From Candidatus Woesearchaeota archaeon (GTDB taxonomy: Archaea; Nanobdellota; Nanobdellia; Woesearchaeales; B72-G16): a DNA stretch of 43,671 bases. The notes below the pieces were generated by a model, which saw nothing but the letters and a program-made list of their open reading frames with translations, searched no databases and had not been told where the DNA came from. The stretch covers positions 1 to 43,671 of the forward strand of contig QMQO01000006.1 in assembly GCA_003650545.1 (NCBI GenBank), read 5' to 3'. The position numbers and the translations under genes are program-made. Below are positions 9,701 through 17,900 of this stretch, in pieces; position 1 is the stretch's first letter; the number at the start of each line of letters is the position of its first letter.

Positions 9701-11931
9701 GGAACTTTACAATATATAACTTAGACACGTGGTTCCCTGAAACTGACGATAACACAACCGAGAGCTGGCAAAACTGGTACACAACAGATCAACTAATCAA
9801 GCTTAATGCTAGCGATATTGGCCTTGGCTTGAACTACACTGCATACTGTACATACGATTATGGAGCAAGCCCTTGTAGCAACTTTACATTAAGTTATAGT
9901 AATGAGACATTTATTTCTTTAGTCTGTCCTACTGGAACTGGTTGTCAGAAAAAGATCAGATATTATAGTGTAGATAAACAGCCAAATGTAGAAGCGATAC
10001 AAGAGACTCATGTGATATACATAAACAAAGCAGGCGGGTTGATTAATCTGACGAATGCTAGCAAATGTTACATAGCAATTGCAACAAACATGACCAACAG
10101 TGTGTGTAATAACTCTGACAAGATTAATTCTAGTATATTTAGCAGTACGAATGTTAATTCTAAGGTGTGGAACTCGTATGAAAACAACTGTAATATATAC
10201 GATTCTCAGTTTAATTATAGCACCTGTGTTACATCAACAATAAACATCTCAACAATACTACATAGTAGTGTAGATACATGTCTATTAACAAATGTTACAT
10301 ATAACTCAGCAACATGTCTGAATAGTAACGATAGTTATTCTACACAATATTCTGGAAGCTTGTTGATAGATCCATCTGATGCTAGCAATAACTCTTATTA
10401 TGGGATTGTTGAGATACATAATACTTCAGTTTATAATTCTATTTTAGATGATTGTGTTCTCAATAGAGATACTATTAACTACACTAATTGTAATGAATCG
10501 AGAATTGATGATAGCGATGTTTATTTATCAACACTAACAGAATCAAATGTTTCTGAATCAACTGTGATTAACTCAACTATTATCGGTTCATATGTGTATA
10601 ATATTACTCTGATTAATGTAACGATCATCAACGGTGTTATAACTTCTGGTAATGTTACCTATATGGGGGTCACGTATACAGCAGGGGATAACTTAATTGC
10701 AGTATATTGTGGCGATAATATAATTAATTACCCGATCATTGGCATATTCGAGACTTGTCTAAGTTGTCCTGCTGATCTTGGACCTTGTCCTACAACACCA
10801 ACAGGTGGTGGGGGTGGGAGGGGTAGATGTTATCCTAGATATAATTGTAGTGAATGGACACAATGCATGTTCGGAGAGCAAACACGGAGATGTGTTGATA
10901 AAAATAAATGTAGAATCATGCCATTTGTAGAAGAAAACGGAGAAATAGTACAATACCAAACAAGAGTTTGTGAAGTTGTATCTTGTTTAGATGGGATACT
11001 TAACCAGGATGAAACAGATGTCGATTGCGGTGGATCAATTTGTGATCCTTGTAAGGATGGCAAGACTTGTGCTACTGGTATGGATTGTCTGAGTGGAGCA
11101 TGTGAACGCTTTATGTGTGTGAGCTGTAAAGACGGTATATTAAACCAAGATGAAGAATCGATTGATTGTGGTGGTGTTTGTGGTGAATGTGTTCTTATGA
11201 TAAGAGGTGTTGAAAAAGAATATAATATGAGTCAGGTTATGATTTTAAGTGTGGTTGATATTAATGAGAACCCTGTTTCAAATGTAACTGTTATTATAAC
11301 TACACCTTCTGAAAAAAAGATCGAACTTGTAACTGACATTTATGGTAAGATTAGTTTAGTAATTGAAGAGAAAGGTGAATATAAGATAGAAGCCAATAAG
11401 GCAGGTTACCATAAACAAGAGACTAAAACAAAAGGACAATTTATCATAGTACCAAAACCTTATAGAGTAAACATTTCAGATGTACTATATGATTTGTTAT
11501 TGAAAATGTCATTGAAAATCGGCAACATTGCTGAAAATTATAAATATTATATTACTAGCATTGGTATTGTACTTGTACTACTGTTTATAGTATTGGATTT
11601 AAAAAAAGTCCGCTATGTTAGACACCTAGCAGAATTCAGCTATTATCAACATAAGAGTAAGAGGAGTGTAATTAACAAACTCAAAAAAGAAAATCTTGCA
11701 AAGAAAAAGAAAATAGTTGACAAAGTATACAATGTTCTTCAAGCAAGAGATAAAGCAAAGCAATTAAAAGAAAAAGAGAGAAAGGAAAAGATGAGAACAT
11801 TAAAAAAAATGATTGGTTGGGATGGTGTAAGAAAGACTGCCCGCACAAGGAAAATTGAGATGAAACTGGAGGAAGAAGATAAAAAATTAATTGATAGGCT
11901 AGATAAACTTAGTAAAAAATTTAAAAAATGA
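700..11931 (+). CDS. Giant modular cell-surface protein A (3743 aa): NosD/CASH-like beta-helix, Ig/cadherin-like repeats, F5/8 type C domain, Cys-rich repeats, C-terminal TM anchor
   Basis: N-terminal hydrophobic segment; Asn-rich parallel beta-helix ending GGNYW..DYLPL (~1321-2495); repeated DxDxD Ig-like modules; discoidin motif DGDINTYW..SKYFRIYIT..LVEWEVY (~8635-9036); TM YITSIGIVLVLLFIVL followed by a Lys-rich tail. Confidence 0.85.
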   Translation: MKPGTRERSVKGVKQYTRNNARNKFVVGVAIVVALMVIVLLPLSFVGMSTKNDTSEINPKPLVELKDKFGDYSGSYNIKEINGKYDVVLVRDQKNNIEIKGVKGTVIKAKIDSVEDKKIKTEVAAVESLEFDSATIKLEKKDFVDVILKCNNFNVDSFECESDWDETNIPFVDLGDSIEFNVTSFSGYAGGKIEESEVEIKSVTNVDNCINITSSGSYKMIQSISNAVNYCINISTSNVTFDCDGNTITGSRGVNIIFAVNQSNITIKNCVLKDSSRGILFLNINDTIIEYNNISNMSAMAIWLQKVDLFGHNNTIRNNNCSHSGRGIALEAHDSVIDNNVVNYNSVYGISWVGNRNNITNNIVNYNVNGLAATCSSYYNLVDNNDFRFNNQNSLYCACCTTVLNNDFSNNTGQYCLVINYAYNSYLKNNTFNSCDIGIDINSGKNSTIIDNEIKNNSIFGIRLISRGTAGYYVADNLITKNNITNSGVSGIYINSSAGEPVENNTFYDNIINETTHVLFEGVNYTNYWNTTKTTATNIVGGNYIGGNYWGKPDGTGFSDTCIDSNYDGICDVVYDVINDSTCTLGVNCTNNVDYLPLATPPPRTNLTIWDSNDTAGGGTIAYTNAQIIFYANYTYANGTVINDTMGGSCKINFSDSTNNDMNFNSSSGLYEYNRIFLTTGFRVYNVTCTGVGLGINISDNLTLELGNGTVTTTIVSPTGTSYNSSENEFFLVKVNVSCSGGDCKNVNVSLDPKPNVYSLFLDPSPVYFNAVTYCKINISNASGDLLRVEFNLTSPRGISYISNGTPYENLYFSEEFVANETGTWICNITAQSTDGNITKNSTTFVPSSKSGAVSTTTGDVPFYTNTSNPKNCTLSNHGQYCLLSWWVNATGSINTMWEFYAEANSTVTSDISNKVNVTIVGSVQPLISNITLNSIVESLTNTTIIAIGEKDYEQENLTFYCSYSNLPNATNTFCIGGSIFQISAPYNLNCTFTADNNSANDVVYCRVWDGYKYSKTVSTSYLDNHRPSLTSLSISPNTGKYNVSINVTSVSAFDSDGHNLRIKCGNSSNQYNLCTSGFGAGQRSCTFNSPWTDNANHQIYCVVEDIYSYMSAERNIKFVSDNTPPIQGVVDNVEGDMTPKYWDTDDDDNTVIQINVFETGVKCRYSSTDLNYSSMPWTQNCSVAGSIASCNVWNLVGGQTNETNVSISCIDMYGNEQNASSNSDVVFGIDWTKPSISTDNDGAIHLPGYVVNFTVNDQPPGTIVYAKYCNDTTGICGPYFDIINGSYVVFNQRGVWYLRYNASDEAGNYNETKQTVVMINQLPQISPLQFVNITPHKFNATSIVLDNDSSQTLHCKIYHRIVNNLYGNKTLILVDGISTNGTYTQNISDADGYNITDVVEMYVNCNDTLEEINSSILYHRIPNFIPTYTIINDRYWDEDMNLTNNISLDSLFADLDGDTLTYTSNGTINITVDIISGNVSFIVPEDWFGREYVQFRANDSSKSSNITNVVQLTVYSIPDITMTAYNGTNYDGITKEFVGNMYVKVADEHSYIENISAGKINFTEKINFTRDINIDSTVTLKHNYVEIDGSTWPELDKKAIITFTGLTELFTPNIYILKDGIRCDNTTDCDIIYYNKTEGVVIFNVTGFSNYTAVNENTPPNITNINIIPSFAYSRSNLNCSVIAYDFEQANLNVSFYWYKNGVRNTTWDSNVSCIKNVLCYTGVLVPNASTSRYDNFTCVAYASDGTYYSNLSNTTKMIINEPPYFDFALTAQTINHTQNLIYDINCTDYDSGDIITYYDNTTLFDINSSTGLIFDAPTQAETGTYNVLITCSDGLDNTTHSFVYTIVNNAPLLQNIVLNSTDALNRTVGNISVYYTYYDPDLDPEQNYIIKWYNNSVEVGAFENLTTVLNGNITKGETWKTSINVYDGLYWSGWYNSSQLLIRNYAPAVVNATLNSTDLLNRSNGSLNAYYVFVDNDTIDSEQTKIIKWYRNGFVQPLLENLTTVPPSKLSKGITWYFRVSVFDGTDWSSYAQSNSILIQNFAPEAQNVSVRSTDDPFNRTNGSLTVGYTYFDYDGDVEVSKQIIWYKNGAEITSLENETTVLSGNTSKDDAWNFTIRVYDGTDWSVYTASNVLLVENTPPTQATPILFPDPAYRLDNITCYNQSTADVDADNVINYYNWYVNGVPVWTTSNTHILGTGNFSSGDLVVCQVTPYDGDDNGTSLNGSIVISNHAPTLTAINIEPNAGRYNTDLRVVSFNASDLDGHNLSLRCGDVSGIRNLCNSSYGVPERLCVFASLWSDDVAHIVYCVVDDNINESGEVAATFLADNTPPSSLSIINIGGDTTPPYWDTVNDNQTVVYAQGELLMVCRWARQDINFSSMPVNQQCIISGTTAMCNFGSLDLNISNTGYYISCEDQYGNEQNSSNNLDVPAFGTDWSAPQTTHNIVPGYIYKPPFNVTLFEFDVPVGTNVTTYCCVDLAGICTPSITCDDGLVGFNNINVSINESYRGIAHLRYYSIDSANNNQTPLVDIPVIVNNLSVVNAMSYTNLTKHKFTASLDAYDVNYQNLTCWLHHRLSTNGIYNTTQMIFVSGLSYNGTFAANISSGELVRINAEDVDDSAGEFNSGTHGFTTYNAGLRLKNWSLNYAGDASTAASTNNGLTSKINDGDINTYWQGTNASLPAWITLTFPEPRVVKRFEFNFSHDLNYTPSDYWLQYDDNGNFADGGTVNITVVAGNTNKEPVYSFSPVTSKYFRIYITATNGNNQTQENITLVEWEVYEQPQYFGNFTSATIDGGVDVNWRNISWVSSITAGNNITMYTRSAATIQGLSGAAWQQVYNSSGDFIPSLDLRYLQYRAVFATNDTNITPVLTKVNITYIRNYNYTIYDAIETYVNCSDGLENGTGTTSINSIPNYAPTKPILLAPSNLSVVYNPSVMLNFTASDADNDTITYYIYADTTTSPTTLRGITNNNYYDLTIVTGSYNWRVRAYDGTDWSDYSDVWNFTIYNLDTWFPETDDNTTESWQNWYTTDQLIKLNASDIGLGLNYTAYCTYDYGASPCSNFTLSYSNETFISLVCPTGTGCQKKIRYYSVDKQPNVEAIQETHVIYINKAGGLINLTNASKCYIAIATNMTNSVCNNSDKINSSIFSSTNVNSKVWNSYENNCNIYDSQFNYSTCVTSTINISTILHSSVDTCLLTNVTYNSATCLNSNDSYSTQYSGSLLIDPSDASNNSYYGIVEIHNTSVYNSILDDCVLNRDTINYTNCNESRIDDSDVYLSTLTESNVSESTVINSTIIGSYVYNITLINVTIINGVITSGNVTYMGVTYTAGDNLIAVYCGDNIINYPIIGIFETCLSCPADLGPCPTTPTGGGGGRGRCYPRYNCSEWTQCMFGEQTRRCVDKNKCRIMPFVEENGEIVQYQTRVCEVVSCLDGILNQDETDVDCGGSICDPCKDGKTCATGMDCLSGACERFMCVSCKDGILNQDEESIDCGGVCGECVLMIRGVEKEYNMSQVMILSVVDINENPVSNVTVIITTPSEKKIELVTDIYGKISLVIEEKGEYKIEANKAGYHKQETKTKGQFIIVPKPYRVNISDVLYDLLLKMSLKIGNIAENYKYYITSIGIVLVLLFIVLDLKKVRYVRHLAEFSYYQHKSKRSVINKLKKENLAKKKKIVDKVYNVLQARDKAKQLKEKERKEKMRTLKKMIGWDGVRKTARTRKIEMKLEEEDKKLIDRLDKLSKKFKK
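4471..4519 (+). repeat. Near-identical DNA patch shared by the two giant genes (copy at 12735..12783)
   Basis: gatcagcctcc(t/c)ggaacaatagtttatgctaaatattgtaatgacacta, 48/49 identical by manual alignment. Confidence 0.85.
10761..10817 (+). repeat. Near-identical DNA patch shared by the two giant genes (copy at 18371..18427)
   Basis: Encodes SCPADLGPCPTTPTGGGG; 53/57 identical, all four differences are synonymous T/C changes. Confidence 0.85.
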
Positions 11932-14900
11932 ATAGAAAAGTTTTGAATTTGATTATCGTAATTGTTCTAGTATTCTGCGCAATGATAATGGTAAATATAT
12001 CCATAAATGTACTTGCTTTTGAAAGTGCAGGGGTAGACACAACTGCGAGTCTTGATTATATAGAAATTAATCCTGAACGTGGCAAATATAATGTGTTAAT
12101 CACTGTAAATAGCTCTGGTGCTGATGGTGGTGATGTTGATAATGTAACTCTGATGTGTGGCAACATAACTGGCGTATATAACTTGTGTAATTCTACATGG
12201 GGTTCTCCCGAAAGAAGTTGTAATTTTAACAGTCCTTGGGTTGATGATGCATTGCACACTATTTATTGTGTTGTTAAAAATACATTTAATAATACATCCC
12301 CTGAAAGAAATGCTATCTTCACTGCAGATAACACAGCTCCTATAACATTAGGGGTACTTAATGTAGAAGGAGATACCGATGCTAAATTTTGGGATACAGA
12401 TGATGATAGCAATACAGTTATTCAGGTTAACCTAAACGAAACTGGTGCTGCGTGCAGGTATTCTAGTTTAGACATAAATTATAGTAGTATGCCTCCGGCT
12501 CAGAGCTGCTCTGTTGTTGGAAGTTTGGTAAGCTGTAATGTTTGGAATCTTGTTGGAGGACAGATTAACGAGACTAATGTTTCTATAAGTTGTATTGATA
12601 TGTATAATAACGAGCAAAACTCCACACAAAACATAGATGTTGTGTTTGGAGTAGACTGGACTGAGCCAAGTATTAATACAGATAATGATGGCCAGATCCA
12701 TCTACCAGGCTACGTTATCAACCTTAGCGTGAATGATCAGCCTCCCGGAACAATAGTTTATGCTAAATATTGTAATGACACTATTGGAACTTGTGAACCT
12801 TATCTTCCATTTAATGATGGAGATAGCGTAACATTCGACCAGAGAGGTACTTGGTATTTGAAATATAATGCTAGCGATGAAGCAGGTAATTATAATGAGA
12901 CAAAGGAAACGATTATATTCATAAACCAGATGCCGGCTGTTAGTGCTCAAGTATATAGTTATCAAGCGCCACACAATATTGTAGTAAATATTACTGTTTT
13001 GGAGAATGATTCATCGCAATCAGTAGTCTGTTCTATTAAACACAGAAAAAATGCTAGCTTTGACGTTTTTAGCAATAAAACAATGTCTCTGGTTTCAGGT
13101 GTTTCAACTAATGGAACATTCCAAGCGATACTATCGCATCTTGATGGTTACTTTATTGGCCAAGCACTCCAGACTTATGTTAGTTGCTATGATGGCATGG
13201 AGTTTGTTAATTCTACTTTTAACTCCACAATTATGCCTAATATAAAACCAATTCTTTTAGTAGATGTGCCTGATGTTTATATGAAAGAAGACACGCCATC
13301 TGTTGACGTATTTGATTTGGATAATTATTTCAATGATCCTGATGGAGACATGTTGACATATACTTCTAATGGAAGTCATATTTTTTCTAGCTTTGATGGT
13401 GATAATAATGTAACTTTTCTCTCTACCCCCCAAAACTGGTACGGTTTTGAGTACATACAATTTAGAGCGAATGATAGTAGTATAGATAGTAACACAAGTA
13501 ATATTGTGAATGTAACTGTCTATTCTGTACCGGATATTCAACTTGGCATGTATTCTGGTACAGATTATGATTCACTAGCAGAAATATTTGCTGGAGATAA
13601 ATATGTAAAGATTGCTAACAAATATAGTTATATCTATAATAGTTCGTACACTACGATCAATTTTAGTGATAAAATCAATTTTACAAGGGATATTAACATA
13701 AGCGATGTGTTTGTGATAAAAAGGAATTATGTTAGTGCTAACACAACTGCTTGGCCTGAGATCAACAAGAGCGCAATAATTACATTTAATCAGTTAGATG
13801 AGATATATACTGACGAGATTTATATAATTAAAGACGGTATCCGGTGTGACCACACAAATCTTTGTGATGTCATTGAATGGAACAAAACAACCAAAACCGT
13901 TATTATAAATGTTACATCATTCAGCACATATTGGATTGCAAATTCGCAGACATTGCCAAATGTTACCACGCCAAATATAACGCCAAGTCCTGCATATGCT
14001 AATGACACATTAAGTTGTATAACCAATGTAACCGATGTGGAGCAGGAACTTGTAAATGTAAGCTTTACATGGTATGTGAATGGTGTGTACAACAGTACTT
14101 GGGATACTACTGTGACCTGCAATACTACAATCAAGATTTGCCATACTAATGTACCAATAGACAGCAGCTACTTAACTAAGTTTGACAATTTTACATGTAG
14201 CGTGCAGGCGTACGATGGGATTAACTACAGTGTTCCAAAGAATAATTCACAAGTAATTAGTAATTATATACCTGTGTTTGATTTTGTGTTGACGGATCAA
14301 AGCATTAATCATACAGAAAACTTAACTTATGACATAAATTGTTCAGATCCTGTTGACTTTGATACTTTGTACTATTATGATAATACATCATTGTTTGATA
14401 TTGATATCAATAACGGAAGTATTGTAGATGATCCGACTGTGTTTGATACCGGTCAACATTCTATACTAATAACATGCGGCGATAACTGGGACAACAGTAC
14501 AAATAGTTTTAATTACGAAGTGAAGGATGTTGCGCCTGTTGTGACAAATGTTATCTTAAATTCAACTGACATAGGCAACTTAACGACAGGGAACCTTACT
14601 GTCTATCACACATATAGCGATTATGAAGGTGATACTGAACAAGGTATTTGGATCAAATGGTATATTAACGCGAGTGAACAAACTAACCTTGAAAACTTTA
14701 CTGTTGTGTTAGAAGGAAACACAAGCAAGCATGAAGTATGGTGGGTGCGTATTGCAGTGTTTGATGGAGCCAAATGGAGTGCTTTCAATAATTCCAATAA
14801 TGTAACTATACGAAATACGGCGCCTGTTTTTGACTTTTCATTAGGAAAACAAAGTCTGAATCATACAGAAAACCTAACTTATGACATAAATTGTAGCGAT

Positions 14901-17900
14901 AATGATGGTGATGTAATTATTTACTATGATAATACTACGTTGTTTAGCATAAATGCTTCAACAGGATTAATAAAAGACAACCCAACTGTATTTGAGACTG
15001 GTGAATATGCTATATTGATAATTTGTAGTGATGGGGAAGTTAATGTAACAGGTAACTTTGTATATGAGATCAATGACAGTACACCATATTTAACCAATGT
15101 GCTTATAAACAGCACAGATCCTGGAAATAGAACAAATGGAAGCCTTATGTTGAATTATGTGTTTAATGATTTCGACAACGATTCTGAAATCGATAGAGAG
15201 GTTATTTGGTATAAAGGGGATGTTGTGCAGCCTGCTTTAGAAAATCAGACTGTTGTGCTGAGTGAAAATACTACGCGTGATGACGTGTGGGTTGCACGTG
15301 TTAAGGTTTTTGATGGTGCTAAATGGAGCGACGTTGTAAATTCTACTAGCATAACAATTGAAAATAGTGTTTTGGTATTTAGTCCAGATTTGGTTAACCA
15401 AAGTGTGTACCACAACACAAATTTAGTCTATGATATTAACTGTACTGACAATGATGGTGATGTTAAATATTTTGATAATACAAGCTTGTTTGATATAAAT
15501 CTTGATACTGGATTGATAGTTGATAACCCTTCCCAAGTCGAAACAGGGATTTATGCAATTAATATAACCTGTACATCTGAAGGTGATACAGAAACTGTTA
15601 GTCAAGTGTTCTTCTATACAATATTAAACAGATATCCCAATGCGACCAATGTGAGGCTCGTTTCAGATGATCTGTTGAATAGAACAAATGGAACACTAAT
15701 AGCTAGCTTCACATATAATGATGCTGATGGTGATGCTAAGCAAGATCAGCAAATAATTTGGTATAAAAATGATGTTCCACAAGCGGGTCTTGAGAATCGG
15801 ACAAGCATAGAAAATTATATAACTACAAAGCATGAGAACTGGAGTTTCTCTCTCAGAGTCTACGACGGGTTGTATTGGAGTAATTACACTAATTCGACCA
15901 CATTAACCATAAAAAATAGTAAACCTACACATACCTACCCTAGAATAACTCCTGATCCTGTGTTGTTCGATTATAATCTAACGTGTTATAATCAGTCTAC
16001 TAATGATAATGACGAAGATTCTGTCACGAATTACTATATGTGGTATGTTAACGACACACTTGTGTGGACAGCTAGCAATTATTTAATATTTGATAATTTT
16101 AGCATTGGTGACAATATTACTTGTCAGGTTATTCCATTTGATGGTGAAGAGAACGGTACTGCTCTAAACACGACTGTTGAAGCGACAAACGGCGAGCCAA
16201 CATTCAGCACTGTATTGGTTAATCCTGCAGCAGGAAAACTAAACACAAACATAACCCTTACAACTATTAATGCGATTGATTATGAAGGAGATGATATCCA
16301 ACTAAGATGTGGTGATTCTCCAGGTGTAAGAAATCTATGTAATTCTACATTTGGACAACCAGAAAGGAGCTGTAGTTTCTATAGTCCATGGAACGATAAC
16401 GAAATTCACGCAATATATTGTGTTGTTGTAGATGCTACAGATGTTTCGCTTGAGAAAACTGTTACTTTTATAGCAGACAATCTTGCACCTATAATAAGCA
16501 CTAGCAACCTGTCGGATATTGCTGGCGATTCTATTGCACCTTATTGGGACGTCATTAATGATGGACAAACTGCATTAACATTTAACTTCAGTGAACCTTT
16601 GTTAAGATGTAGATGGTCTACAACAGATACAAATTATAATAATATAAGTTCAAGTCACGAGTGTTTGATTGTTGGTAATGATTCAATCTGTTACCTAGGT
16701 AGCCTTGCGATGTCTGTTTCTAACATAGGTTATTATGTAAGTTGTATCGACATATACGATAATGAAAACACTCAAACGGATAATGTTGATGTCCCTATAT
16801 TTGGTACCGACTGGAGAGCACCGGATACATATACGGATGTGAATGAAAGCGAGGTTTATGTTCCAGCACATGATGTCATTATTATAGAACACGATTTGCC
16901 TACAGGGACAAATGTGACGACATATTGTTGTTTGGATCAAGCAAATGTATGCGTTCCAAATAGCAACTGTGATGATGGTGCAACTGGACAAAACAATATA
17001 ACTATTCCTGTAGCAATAAGAGGGACTAACTTCATCAGATATTACTCAATAGATGGTGCTGGCAATAATCAATCATTACAGAGCAAAAATGTTACAATAA
17101 ATAGTTTACCTGTAATAGCTGCACAGGAATATTTCAACTACACCAAAAATCACATATTTAGTGTGATTGTCAATGCTTCCGATGTTAATGAACAAACGTT
17201 AAAGTGTTATCTACAGCACAGATTGGCAGGAGAGATTGATTATACTACTAAGCTAATGTCTTTGACTAGTCTTATTGCAAGTAATGGAACATTTGCTGTA
17301 AATATTAGCATGGCTGATGGCTATACGCCTGGAGATAACATAGAGATGTATGTAAACTGTTCGGATGGGCTCGAGAATTCAAGCACTGCTCTTACTAGAA
17401 ATATGCTACCAAATAATGCACCTGCTGTACCAACCTTAATCTCTCCTGTAAACGAAACGATCACAAACAGTAGCCCAATATTATTTAATTATTCGAGTAA
17501 TGATGTTGACACCATAGATAATCTAACGTATTACATAATAGCAGACACTAATCGTAGTCCAACAACAGTGATATTTGTAACACCTAATACAAGTTATAGC
17601 TGGACGCCTATCGAGAATAGATATTATTGGAAAATAATTGTAAGCGATGGGTTTAGTAACACAACCTCTGATACAAAAACATTCTTATTAGATACCTCTT
17701 CTCCAGTTACAACAGACAATGTAAGTAACTGGTATGATTATGTGCCTACTGTAATTGGCTTGAATGCTACAGATAATCTGGCTGGAATCAACTACACTAG
17801 GTATTGTGTGACAGATGCCAATTCAACATGCGATCCTATAAATAACGGGACTTACGGGACTGAGATAACTATTTTGTGCGGTGTAAATACAGCTTGCCAA

